DNA from: Octopus bimaculoides
Taxonomy: Eukaryota
Length of the DNA stretch: 64,000 nt
Assembly: GCF_001194135.2 (NCBI RefSeq)
Contig: NC_068989.1
Coordinates: 2,091,014-2,155,013 of the forward strand
Direction of reading: 5' to 3'
Each line of letters starts with the position of its first letter. The first letter of the stretch is position 1. The notes under the pieces are model-generated. The model was not told the DNA's origin and did no database searches. It worked only from the letters and a program-made list of their open reading frames with translations. Of this stretch, positions 51,906-64,000 are shown piece by piece. The position numbers and the translations under genes were made by a program.

Positions 51906-54534
51906 CAAGTATAAGAGTCGATTTCATTTTAAGCATTGTGTGTATGTGAGAAATCTATATTTTTAACATTAATAACGCAATCATTCCTCATGACGATAGT
52001 TAAAAAAAAAAAATGTCAATATTAATAACGCAGACGATCGAGGAACGTGATAATGAATCGATAAATGATTATATTTTAAGATTATAGTCCCGAGTACCAT
52101 TTCGGAAATTGAATCAATTAAAAGAAAACCCCGAGCTACAAGATTGTGTTCTGTGGACATTGTAACAGAGCTGTTGGATTCCATTCCCGGGAATATTGGT
52201 TTAGGATATGACATAATTTACTAAATTGAAGACTGTCTCTGACGAAGAATATTCCTGTGCTGTTAAAACGAATTATAGGAACCAAAATTAAAGGCTCTTT
52301 GAGCAACAATAATTGTAACCACAGCAATAGTAAAGATATTTGTCTATCAACTCATATATTTGTTGCGAAAACCGGGAACAAAAGAAAGCGTCCTTCATTG
52401 AAATTAAAGTGTCGTAAGTCCTTTGCCAACACTATCAATGATGCTTCATCCGAAGATAATGGAAATTTAGAGGTCGACTTTCACTAACTTTGTTCACATC
52501 ATTCCGGGACATATAGAGTCAATGGTAAAGAGTGATGCCTATGTGTCAGTTTTTTTTTATGGCTCAAGTGGAGATACAGCATACACAAGTTTCTGTCTTG
52601 AATGCATGAGAACTTGGTAATCTTTACACATTCCAACGATCCATCCTCATTCTTAACCGCGCCAAATGTGAAGTACACTTGGCGAAATTCCAATCACATG
52701 GATTCGTTGGACACAGTGTGCGGCGACTATTGTTATCGTTAGGCCTAATTCATTGTAAAGTAAATGCCAACATGAACGATATCCAAACTACAGAAGAAAA
52801 CGCGAGCCACTAGATTTCGTTTAAAAGAGACGATGAGCGATGGTAGAAGAATATTGATATAATAGATAACCGGTTGGTCTAGCAAGCGGGGCCTCATGCC
52901 AGTGCGCAATGATGCCGTCGAGAGGTAAGCTCCGAAATGGTGCGCATTCTCTCCTAATGATCCCAAACACTTGCTGGCTTCCGGTATGCAGAGCTTTCGA
53001 CTGGTAGCACTTGCATGTGCAAGTTGTTTGCAAAACACCATAATTCTCGAGATTACATAACTCCTTAATTTCTGCTCGTAAACGAGCAAAAGCAATGACA
53101 GAATTATATACAATGCTTCGGAATCTTTACATGTAACACTAGCAACTTACAAATTTATAGTAGAAATATACATTCATGCATACATACATACATACGTACG
53201 TATGTATGTATGTATGTATGTATGTATGTATGTATGTATGTATGTAGGTATGTATGTATGTATCTTCCTACTATACATAATGTAAATTAAATTTTGTCCA
53301 ATAGTTCTTTATTTTTATTAGTCAAGCTCAATGATAAATTTTTAAGGGGTGAAAGGTAATAATTTATAATTCTTTATTCATTTATTTTTTTTCTCTTTCT
53401 GTATTTGACTGGAACAAATAAAAGAAAAATAATAAAATAAGATATTCAGAGAAAGAGAGAGAGAGAGAAAGAGTCAAAAGTTGCACAGAAGGACGACAAA
53501 GGAACACAGGGAAACATCACACACGAGACGTGGACATGCTCATCTCTCATAAGTTGTCCAAAAATTATAACAGTTTTGCGGCATTATCAATAAGATTGTT
53601 CATTTTGGTGCGATCAACACCAGCTCCATTGAAGACAACCACAAATTCATGCGATACACGGTAGAAAGAATGCAAAAGAGAGCAGGCTTTGCGGGGCCCT
53701 GAACATATTGGTTCAGATGATGCGTAGGATCTGTTCTTCATCCCCTTTCACAATTAAATTCTAAAATGAATAAACAAATTTAAAGTGGGAAGCTACTGGT
53801 GGTCTGCATCTACAAATTTTGTTTTAGACGAGCTGTTTGTATAAGCTCGTCGCAGAGAAAATTATTATGACGTTTTGAAATTGTAAAATAATCCTTTCTT
53901 TGTAGTAAAACACTTCCACATTTTCTGCAAACTATTTTCGAATTTCGAAAATGTAAAACTAGAATAAATCGTTGCAATTTTTTATAGTAAAAATATATTC
54001 GTAATTTTTTTGTTAAAATTTTTCTTTCGGTTTTCCTGTCATCCTCTTTCATTGCTTTTCAACAAATTTTATATTTTACATAATTTTTCTCAAACAAAAT
54101 TTTTTTTTTCTTGATTTTGCATCATCGTTACTGTTGTGGTTGACATTTTTGTCATTTGTCTAGTTGTTACTGGCGTCAACATGTTATAGTTGTTGTTGGT
54201 GACGACGACGACGACGACGACGATGTAGCAATTGCTGTAAGCTGAAAATGGAATAAAATATAGAATAAAGATCATCGCTGTACTTTAAAATGATTTTGTT
54301 TTTGTTTCTGTGGATGATGGTGATGAATATGGTGATGGGGAAAATGATGATGATGATGATGCCGTGGCTTTAAGCCATATTGATAGTGCTGTAGTTGCTA
54401 TACATTGACAGATTATTGACCGAGGACACAATTCAGTGGGGTAAATTACATTATGCTTAATAACGAATTAATTGCAAAATCTTTGCAGATATTATTGGGT
54501 TGGTGCATAATTATTGCGGCTTTTTTGTTACCAT

Positions 54535-54745
54535 GGGGTATAAGCGACCGAGCGGGGCGCTGGTTCGAGAGGAAGGCTCAATTTTGAGAGGAATGGACAA
54601 GTAGATTACGTCAACCTCACTAATTCACTGGTACTGAATTTTATCGATCTCGAAGGGAAGAAAAATGAAGCTGACGTTGGCGGATTTGAACCAGCCGCTC
54701 AGCATTTTATTCATTGTTCTTAGGATTCAGCCGACTCGCCGTCTT
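54535..54745 (-). mobile_element. SINE family C, decayed
   Basis: CACTGGTACT..TTTTATCGA.CTCGAAGG..GGCGGATTTGAAC..GATTC.GCC..CTCGCC. Confidence 0.78.
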
Positions 54746-55439
54746 TATCTACGGTTACACAACATAATTGAATGCTTTAGAAGTTCGTTTTGAAAATGAA
54801 TTGCAAAGTCTTAGGTTCGATTCCGAGGTGTGAGATCTCGAATGAGTTAATTTTACTATGGCTTCCGATTGAAAGAAACTGGACAGTCGTTACGTGGAAG
54901 CTTTTCAAAGAGAGTTATGTATACAAAGCAACATTAAATGTGCAGTTACTGACTCAGCAGACATATAGTAGAGAAGTAAATATCTTGAGAATGTGAGCTG
55001 ACTGCGAATGAATATATTTTATGAAAGAACGAAGGAAAATTAAACATAAATTGACAGGAGTAATCTGTCAAGATTTTAACAATGATGTGTTATTTTTTTT
55101 CTTATTCGATGACTGCTTCACTGTAGTCTGGCCGCCAGACAAATAGCACATTCTCATAACTATCACATTCGTACTTTTATATTTTATTCTTTTTAATAGT
55201 ACAAACGGAGGAACCACTATGTTCGTGCACGACCTGCTAGAAATAGCAGTTATAATCTCACTTGTGTCATATGTTATAGCGTTAAGATATTAAGGCTGGC
55301 TTGGACAAGATAATCTTAAGTATGTCAACTTATTGTAACAAAAACTTGTAGCACATACATACACACACATAATACATACCTACACGCACACATAGATACA
55401 TACACACATACATACACACATATACATACATATATATAT

Positions 55440-55488
<49 letters not shown>

Positions 55489-55519
55489 GAAATCCATCGG
55501 AAAGATAACATTGAGGAAA

Positions 55520-56147
55520 AAAGAAATAAAAACCAACAGTATGGTTGAAGCCATAGGTATTCATAACAAAAAAGGAATACTGGTGGAATGTCTCAATGAA
55601 GACCTCAATAAAATGTAATCACAACAGACTTAATATAATGATTTGGGATAGAGAAGAGAAACCGTGCACAGTTGTGGAAATTAGCTGCTCAGCGGATGTT
55701 AACGTAAAGCTGAAGATCAGTGAAAAAGAGGACATCTACGTTGAACTATTGAGAAGTCTGCAGTTACTCTATCCAGATTATAAGTTTAGCTTTATACCTG
55801 TAATTATTGGGGCCCTGGGATATGTAACACACTCCCTAAATACCAGTCTTGCGAAATTATGCTTCTCAAAACCAGAAAGGAGAAAGCTGATTTGAAGACT
55901 ACAAATCCAAACCATCACTGGAACTGTAAAGATCTGTAATGCTTTCCAAAAGTTTATCATTTAAGTATATATGAGCATTTCTAGATATGTAACTATATGC
56001 ATGAGAATACATACATAAAACATACAAATCTGTACATATACATACGTACAAAAATTCCCTGCTGCTGATTTTGAAATTCCAATGAACCTTGGATCCAGGT
56101 TAGAAATCAACTCTTTCTCTTTTGACAAGAACTATTGAAATAAAAGT
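55520..56147 (+). mobile_element. RLE-type (R4/NeSL-like) LINE 3' end: endonuclease domain plus 3' UTR
   Basis: KCNHNRLNIMIWDREEKPCTVVEISCSADVNVKLKISEKEDIYVELLRSLQLLYPDYKFSFIPVIIGALGY matches the RLE motif HNRPD.....VE.SCP.D...K..EK..Y..L....PV.IGALG; catalytic PD lost. Confidence 0.92.
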
Positions 56148-56148
56148 G

Positions 56149-56237
56149 GAGGCGCAAGGGCCCAGTGGTTACGGCAGCGGACTCGCGGTTGTAGGATCGC
56201 GGTTTCGATTCCCAGACCGTGCGTTGTGAGTGTTTAT
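56149..56237 (+). mobile_element. SINE family B 5' head
   Basis: GGAGGCGCAAGGGCCCAGTGGTTACGGCAGCGGACTCGCGG..GCGGTTTCGATTCCCAGACC. Confidence 0.92.
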
Positions 56238-57544
56238 GTATATATATTTATGTATATATATTAAAGAAGGCAAAAATGATTAAAGCAAAAGGCTAACTGT
56301 GGGTAAAAGTATTGTTTTCAGTATGTTGGTTCAGTGTTCAGTATGTTGGCCACAGGACTTTCTGTCAAAGAGACAGGGTTAAACAAAGTTGTACATCATC
56401 TCCCTCTTCCTCTCACATACCCACTCTTTCTCTTTCTCTTATTATCACTCTCACTGCCACCATCAATACTACTACTTTTAATAAAACATCATCAACTCTC
56501 CCTAAATTTCTTTGTCTTTCTTTCTCTCCCCCTCTCTCTCTCTGTCTGTGTTCGCCACCGCCCTCACCATCTCTTTGCCTACTATTATTCTCATCCCAGC
56601 ATGAGGAATAGTAGAAGTGTCCTTGAATAGTGAGATAGGAGGTCAAAGTGTGACACACTGACACATAGAAATTAGTTTTCGCATTTATTATATCAGATAT
56701 ATTCTGCAGTACTATATAGAGTATTTCGTTTACTCGTTTGTCAGATTTACAAATACTCAGCTGTTCACACAACAATTATTCTCTGGTTTCTTCATTTACA
56801 TCAATAACAGAATACGAGAAACAAAGTCGGTTGAATAGGAACTGAAATACATTATTGTAACTCAGTCTTTCGAAACTAGAGTAATGCTGGAGTACAAAGT
56901 TGATTTCTAAAACGATTGCACTAAATACTGTAGTGCCATTAAAACATCTCTCTTGACACTGTTACTCTTCCCATTAATCTCTCGAACCAGCAGTTCCTAA
57001 GTATATCTCCTCTTATTTATGTATTTCTTACAATATCAATTACGATGTGTTTTTATTTTTGCCTTAAACATTTCCAATATTCTTTTATAACGATATATTT
57101 TTCGACTGTCTCCGGTATCCTGTCACAATAAATGATTGCCTCAGTTATGTTCTGCATCCTATTATAAAAGTCGTTGCCCCAAAGACACTTTTGGCACTTC
57201 CGTTTTTATCCTCGAATATTTGTTAAATAACTACAAGATTCATAATTCGTATGTCCCTCAGTCGTGACCTTGAAGCTCGAGAACCTAATAATTTCCACTT
57301 ATCACATGCGGCACAGATTTAGTAAACACCTGATAAACTAGTGTTTAGACAAAAGAATGTCATGCAAGGACGTCTAGAAGACGATGAAAATTATGTGTGT
57401 GTGTGTGTGTGTGTATGCGTTTGTGTGTGAAGAACGGACCGAAGCCACGAAATATACAATACTGTGGTCTCAGTTTCCCTCCAAATTTAGGTATTATGAG
57501 AAAATTAAAAGATTTAAACAAATATTAACACCAACTGCGCTTGT

Positions 57545-57576
57545 AATTATTATTATTATCATTATTATCATCATCA

Positions 57577-57637
<61 letters not shown>

Positions 57638-57646
57638 CATTAAGGC

Positions 57647-57683
<37 letters not shown>

Positions 57684-57688
57684 GTATG

Positions 57689-57721
<33 letters not shown>

Positions 57722-57726
57722 ATATC

Positions 57727-57759
<33 letters not shown>

Positions 57760-57765
57760 AAAGGA
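57545..57765. repeat. (ATT/ATC)n, (TA)n, (TATG)n and (GATA)n microsatellites
   Basis: Direct reading. Confidence 0.95.
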
Positions 57766-58750
57766 CAAATAGGTGGAATAGATGGATAGATCGATAGAAT
57801 ATATCTCCTTACTACAATGACTAGCACAAAACCCCACCCTCCGAGCAGTTTTTTTGATAGTTTCTATTGTATTTAAACACGTTTCATTACTTAAGATATT
57901 TTGTACAATGCTGCATCTCTTTGAAAGGTATCATATTGAATTTGGAACCCATTCAAATGATAAATATCACACGAATTCTAACAATAATATTTCGTTAGAA
58001 ATGCTTCGGTTTCTGCGATTATGCATTGAAAATGTTACATAATCTATGTACAGCTTTAATATGTCATCTGAAGATGCAACCGTTATATTATCGATTATAG
58101 AAGATATTAGAAGCACCGATAAATCTTTTGCCGTTTAGAATGGTTAGTCTGCTACTGGAAATACTGGCCAAATATTTGGTTGACGTCCCCTACAAAACGG
58201 GTGAAATGAGGTGTTGTTCAAATACATATTTTTTAGTTTATTCAAATATAGATCACGTCTGCTGATAGTTCCTTGTGTCCATTCCACATCAGCCAGTGGA
58301 CCTTTACATCTGTGGTTCTCGAATGGAACTCCACAGGAAATAAATAGCCAGATTTTTAGATATACAACTCAAAGCTTGAGAGAATCTTTACTATTGTGTA
58401 AGCAGCTAGAACAACGTGGGCTGTACGATTTTCATATATTATCATACATCTTATAGAATATTGGTGCATTCTTATAATAACCTAGCGGTGTCATTAACTC
58501 CATGAGAAGTGAGAGATGCAGAGAAGAAAAGGTAGTATGAAAGGCTGAGACTTACCTCTCTCTTAACGGTAATTCTAGAATGCATGCTCATCCTCTCTTT
58601 AATATCCTTTTCATATAAATCTTTCTACCCTCCCTGTAACATCTTTCAGCCCACTTCACAAATACTCTTTCTTTCAGCTGTTTTCTTTCCATTCTTGCTT
58701 TCTTTCTCCCTTTATTGCTAAATTAGAAGCATTAGTTTCGTTAATCTAAG

Positions 58751-58945
58751 GGCAATGGAGTGCAGAAATCGTTAGAGCAGAGGGCAAAATATCTTGCGTT
58801 AATTTTTCTGACTCTGGACGTTGTGAGTTCAAATTCCACACAAGTCAGCTTTGGCTTTCATCTCTTCTGGGTCGATAAAATAAAATAATGGTCAATAAGA
58901 CCAACTAAATTCTCCCCTCAAACTTACCATCCTTGTACCTAAATT
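58751..58945 (+). mobile_element. SINE family C, decayed
   Basis: GCAGAAATCGTTAGAGC..GAGTTCAAATTCC..GCTTTCATC..GGGTCGATAAAATAAA. Confidence 0.8.
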
Positions 58946-59446
58946 AAAAACCATTATTTATGATATCTCGATACAGTTAAAACCAAATTTCTCGACTATT
59001 TCTCCACCCATTTTCCTTCATTTCTTTCACTTTTGTTTCCCTGTTACATAGGTTTCTGTTTCCTTACATTTGGTTTTTCGTATTTTGACTTTTCCCGTTG
59101 TCTCTATCTTTTCATGTGTTTTCCTTCAATTTGTTCTTTTATCTTTCTCTCTGTCCTCTCATAATTTTATTCTGTCTTGAACCTGCGGGAAACTCTCCGG
59201 CTTCACCGCTACGTCTATAGTTATATTTAAGTTTGATAATCTTGAGCTTTGACCGAATTTTTCAGTCTCTAAATTTAAAGCAGTGACACCAATAATTTTA
59301 AAGGAGCGGTACCACGAAACCTGAAATAAACAACGGCAAAATTCCCAATACTTTTATTTACCTTAATCACCTATCACAACAGTTTATGTTGAAGTACCTT
59401 TACTGGTTTCAAACTACCGTGCCATGCATAAACGCATAACACTGTG

Positions 59447-59447
<1 letters not shown>

Positions 59448-59512
<65 letters not shown>

Positions 59513-59552
59513 GTCTGTCTGTCTGTCTGTCTGTCAGTCCGTCTGTCTGTCT
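59448..59552. repeat. (TATC)n/(TGTC)n microsatellite
   Basis: Direct reading. Confidence 0.96.
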
Positions 59553-60180
59553 TTCTATCTCACTCTCAGTCACTCTTTGTATGTTCGGCTGTTTATGTAG
59601 CAGACATAGTTTATGTAAATACGTTGCTTTAATGCAATAACTTCTGATAAGGAACATGTTCAACAATATCCTGTAGTCGTAACGTTAAAACTCAAACTAA
59701 TTTTAAATGATTTAACAACTATTTTAAAACTTTGAATTTCCTTAGACTGTATATAACAGTTAATCTTCATTTTGGTTGATAAATAAATATTAATCGAGAA
59801 GCAAATCAGTGATAAAGATTTCAAAATTTATTTCTCATGTCTTGAAGTAAAATAAGAAAATTATTAAAATATCTTCGGAGATTGTCTGTATAACAGAGCT
59901 TTTAAAAGAATAATACTAATTTATGAAAATCTCAATCTCAAATTGTCGCATGAAAGATAAATTGTGTTATTTTGTCTGAGTCAATTTTTCAGACACCATG
60001 TAGAAAGAATTCCAAGACAATGCTAACATATCGCGTCGAACAAGAAACAAGTAAATTTCCCCTCTTAACTTATACAGCTCGCAGGTGCATTTTGGAAGTG
60101 TCTGCTGAGATTTAAAGAAATGTATGCTGTGATAGGTTTTAACCTTTAAAATTTGGTTTTATTGTTCCATGAATCAACAG

Positions 60181-60240
60181 GCTTTGCCATACGACACAGC
60201 TGTAGCGTTTATGCATTTTATTGATGGGAAGCAAAGTATG
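60181..60240 (+). CDS. Candidate isolated coding exon (phase 0-0), ALPYDTAVAFMHFIDGKQSM; product unknown
   Basis: Acceptor ...ttttattgttccatgaatcaacAG, exactly 60 nt, only frame 0 open, donor ATG|GTAAGG; no recognisable homology. Confidence 0.35.
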
Positions 60241-60677
60241 GTAAGGTTTGTAAAGAAACTCAGGCACAACTGTGAAAATGGAAATTACCATGGAAGACGT
60301 GTGTTGGTATTTTGTTAGGTTCTCTTTAAGAAAGCTCTCTGAAAGGCCTTAAGAAATAAATATCGAGATGTTATTACAACTCAGCGTTTTCGACAAAGCG
60401 AAGTATTGTTTATAAAATCGTAGGGAGTTGAATTTACCAAATTTTAGATCAAGATATCGGAATTGCTAATATTATTAAAAGCAAACCAGTCAAGAGTCAT
60501 TTGTTTGAAAGCGTGTGGATAGATTATGGATTCGCGGCTTAGAAAATTACATTTTGCACACGAAGGTGGGTTACTCTGCTGCGCACATAAAATCTAATTT
60601 TAAATGATTTAACAACTATTTTTATACTTTGAATACGTATGTATGTATGTATGTTTTATGTATATATGTATGTATGC

Positions 60678-60890
60678 CATTATTCAGTTTATTACATGAT
60701 TTTTTGACGATAGAGAAAGTACTGGTTTCTAACCTAGATCCATGGCTCCTTCACTGGAATTTCAACATCAACAACAAGGTATATTTGTTTGTATGCATGT
60801 ATGTATGTATGTATGTATGTTTGTATGTATGTATGTATGTATGTATGTTTGTATGTATGTATGTATGTATGTATGTATGTATGTATGTAC
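60678..60890 (-). mobile_element. RLE-LINE 3' UTR fragment embedded in (TATG)n
   Basis: AGAGAAAG.ACTGGTTTCTAACCTAGATCCA.GGCTCC is the reverse complement of 22085-22125 and 56086-56120. Confidence 0.8.
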
Positions 60891-61882
60891 ACACCTTTCC
60901 GTACGAAGTTCGTCAGTAATATTTTTATTCGGTATAGTCAGTTGTGAAACTAGAGTTATTTGGTTACTCTTTCTAAGATCTGAACCAAGCACAAATTGGA
61001 TCATGCAGTCCAGGATACACTATTCCGAAAAGAAATTCCTCGGAACATGATTTATTTGATCAGAGCTGACTAGAAGTTAAACAATAATAACATCAGCAAA
61101 AAGTAGATCCATTTGTAGAATTATAAGCAAGATACATTAAGTTTCTTTTAAGCTTCCTCACAGAAATTGAAGAGGAAACGTGTTTCTACATGGTTTGTAT
61201 TGCTATTCACGACCACAGCTTATACAATTACATGTTGTATGATATAAAGTTGCTTATCAATTCATAACCAATCATAAATGTTAAGGTATATATGCGATGT
61301 AATGTCATGAATTTTAAATATCTAAGCAATCTCTTTTTGCGTTTAGGTTTTGTATATATCAACAAACGCTTATGTTTTTCAAAGATCAAAGCAAAAAAGA
61401 AAAAGAGAAAAAGCCCTCAAACAAACTTCAATATCAATGAGGTCAAATAAGTTTATTTCAAAAGATCGATATCTATATGGATAACATTGACAACTTGCAG
61501 TATATGAAGAAAGAAACGAACAAAAACTGTATACATGCATATGTTTATCTTGACAGGATTAATCTAATGTCTTTCGAATATAAAATCTCTAAAAAGCATA
61601 AATAAACGTCAAAACTAAAGGGGCAAACAGGAATGCATTAATAATGGACATCATGAAACAGTGAAATGAAACGACGTGTTGCCTAATTTGCTATAGATTT
61701 TCCTTGCAAACTCAATAATCAATAATATCAATCTTTCTGGGGTCGTTCTACTGTATCAGCATCAGATAATAGTCTTTGCATTCAATAATCCTTGTCTCAA
61801 AACGAATTTCCGACGAAAAGAACAATATTATTATAGTGTAAATGTTTACATAGTAAATATACGCCAAAGTACATTATCTCCT

Positions 61883-61934
<52 letters not shown>

Positions 61935-63052
61935 CACGCATACACACGCACACACTCATATATAAACTCACATAAATAATAAATACCTATACATACAAAA
62001 CTTTACCAAACATTTACATGCATTAATGGCGACAAACGAAAGAAAATTACTCAATGATGGGAGGATATGGATATATGAAATCAGTTACATAGAACAGAAA
62101 TTGGTTGAAACTCTGAGATATAACATGCAGAGATATTATCGAAGTAAATTTGGATCGCCACTCAATCATTTTGGACACGGCGGGTTAAACAATATCATCT
62201 GACCGACCAGCACAAACATCGCATTGGTTTGATACTGTCGCCCGTCATCATCGGTCGATGAATAAGATCCAATGAGGTAAACCAGCTGAAAATACCTGAA
62301 CAACTGTATAGTGCACTTTCTCAACATGATAACACTTGCGCTATATCGCTAATTTGTTTAAAAATGCCATTCAAGAGCGCATTTACGATGTTTTACTGTA
62401 CCCACCGCATTCGTCTCATACAACGGCTTTAGGTTATAACTTTGATGCGGTCGCTCACCAACAGTCTACAAGGAGTTTCACTTAACAACGACGTGATCCC
62501 GAAAGCCTGACTCCATGAATTCTTCGTCAAGATTCCGTAATTTCTACCTTTGGACAAGCAAATAGAACGCTGGTAATAAGTCGTGGAAGAATACATTATT
62601 CATTAATTTCTTAAAATTGCTGATAAATACTAAAACATATAAGGAAAAAAGCGTGCGAATTTATCTGACAACACAGTTAAATATGTATGTACACACACAC
62701 TCTCATATATATGTATGTATAAGTATATATGTATACACATACACACACACATATATAATTGAGATTCAGTTGAATTAGGTACTTAAATGGAGGTGCCAAG
62801 CCAGTTCGGTAAAGTCTGTGCAGCTCGAAGTTAGGTGGACAAAATGCAAATACGTAACAAGGATGTCCAGGTGTCAATGCATATCGGCCGTTTCAAGCGG
62901 CTCCGTTTAATCGATCAATAAACACATTACACCAATTTCAACGAAACTGCTATCCTCAGACGCAGATGACTATATAGATTTCCAATATAATGGATAAACC
63001 ATTTTTAGTATTTCTAGCAAATTTATATCAATTCTAGAAACCAAAATGGTTA

Positions 63053-63100
<48 letters not shown>

Positions 63101-63184
63101 TCGTATATATATATATATGCATATGTATAGGTATATGTAAGTAAGTTTACGTCTATATGTATATGCATAATATATATCCTCTCT

Positions 63185-63380
63185 GCTTTGGGCACAAAGC
63201 CAGCAATTCTAGCTGGGCGGTTGTCGATTGAAGTAACCCCAGCGCTTGGCTGGTTCTTATTTTACTGGATGAAAGGTAAAGTCGAAGTCGGCAGAACTTG
63301 AACTCAGGAAGTAAACCCGGAAAACGTGCCGACAGGCATCATGTCTTTGACGACTAAAATTCTGACAGCTCACCACCTTA
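63185..63380 (-). mobile_element. SINE family C, decayed
   Basis: GGGCACAAAGCCAGCAATT..GGATGAAAGGTAAAGTCGA.GTCGGCAGAACTTGAACTCAG. Confidence 0.8.
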
Positions 63381-63478
63381 TATATGAGTACATGTAAGCG
63401 TTTACAAACATTTATACGTATACATACATACATTCACACACACGTACAAACACACACATAAACACACACATATACATA

Positions 63479-63530
<52 letters not shown>

Positions 63531-63849
63531 CACTGAAATTTATATACACATACATGCTAGTTTGCGTGTGTGTGCGTGTATATGTGTGTGTGCGTGCGTG
63601 TGCCTAAATGTATCCATATTGGAATAAATACCCTTTGTGTATTCAATATAATTCAAGTGGTTATAAAAATTTATGGAATTCCACAAATCCAACGCATAGA
63701 ATATTGAAATAAAAATGAAATCATAGAATGAAAGCGTCTCAGCCGTACACGGACACTTACTAAAATACTTATATACATACACACACACGCACACCGACGC
63801 ACGCACGCACACTTGCACACGCACACATACACGCACACACACATATAGT

Positions 63850-64000
63850 CGCTGGTATGGCTGTGCGGTTTAGAAGCTTGCTTTATAATCTTGCGTTTAC
63901 AGGTTCAGTCCCACTACGTTGCTGACTGGGCGTCTTCTATTATAGGTTTTGCTGATTAAAGTTTCGTGAGCGGATTTCTTAGACGGGAACTGGAAGAAGC
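63850..64000 (+). mobile_element. SINE family A 5' part (runs off the window end)
   Basis: GCTGGTATGGCTGTGCGG..AGAAGCTTGCTT..GGTTCAGTCCCACT..GGATTTCTTAGACGGGAACTGGAAGAAGC. Confidence 0.88.

Noticed and set aside
52000-53110. Relatively GC-rich unique stretch with several 60-120 aa ORFs
   Set aside because: No motif recognised on either strand and stops interrupt all frames; left unannotated
58065-58125. CTGAAGA-TGC...GCA-CC-GATA
   Set aside because: GAAA not conserved and helices too weak
58252-58397. AG...GTAAGC-bounded 146-nt open segment (SRLLIVPCVHSTSASGPLHLW...)
   Set aside because: No recognisable homology, and its phase 1 end cannot be joined in frame to the downstream candidates
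59993-60050. 58-nt segment with good acceptor and GTAAAT donor
   Set aside because: Its only open frame ends in phase 1, incompatible with the phase 0 exon at 60181
60895-60925. Minus-strand CTGACGA..GGAAAGG
   Set aside because: No credible helix II, III or I

Overview
AT-rich, microsatellite-dense eukaryotic genomic DNA from a draft assembly with 9 N-gaps. The tRNA-derived SINE families and the (TA)n/(CA)n/(GA)n/(GATA)n/(CATA)n load strongly suggest an octopus (coleoid cephalopod) intron or intergenic region; this is an inference, not a database result. No complete protein-coding gene can be supported, and most ORFs in the supplied track are translated microsatellites or N-runs. The window is a graveyard of decayed mobile elements: RTE-clade and R4/Dong-like (RLE) LINE fragments, a Helitron Rep/Hel N-terminal remnant, hAT, pogo/Tigger and three mariner fragments, a Tc2/pogo-type MITE, and more than 25 copies of 4-5 SINE-like families. 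The most striking unexplained structure is a ~200 bp element at 11804-12002. It has 31-bp terminal inverted repeats enclosing an intact type I hammerhead ribozyme core, and a second, different hammerhead motif lies 650 bp upstream (Penelope pLTR-like). Also notable are a perfect 22-bp-stem hairpin (43771-43826), several paired short duplications and one candidate orphan exon (60181-60240).
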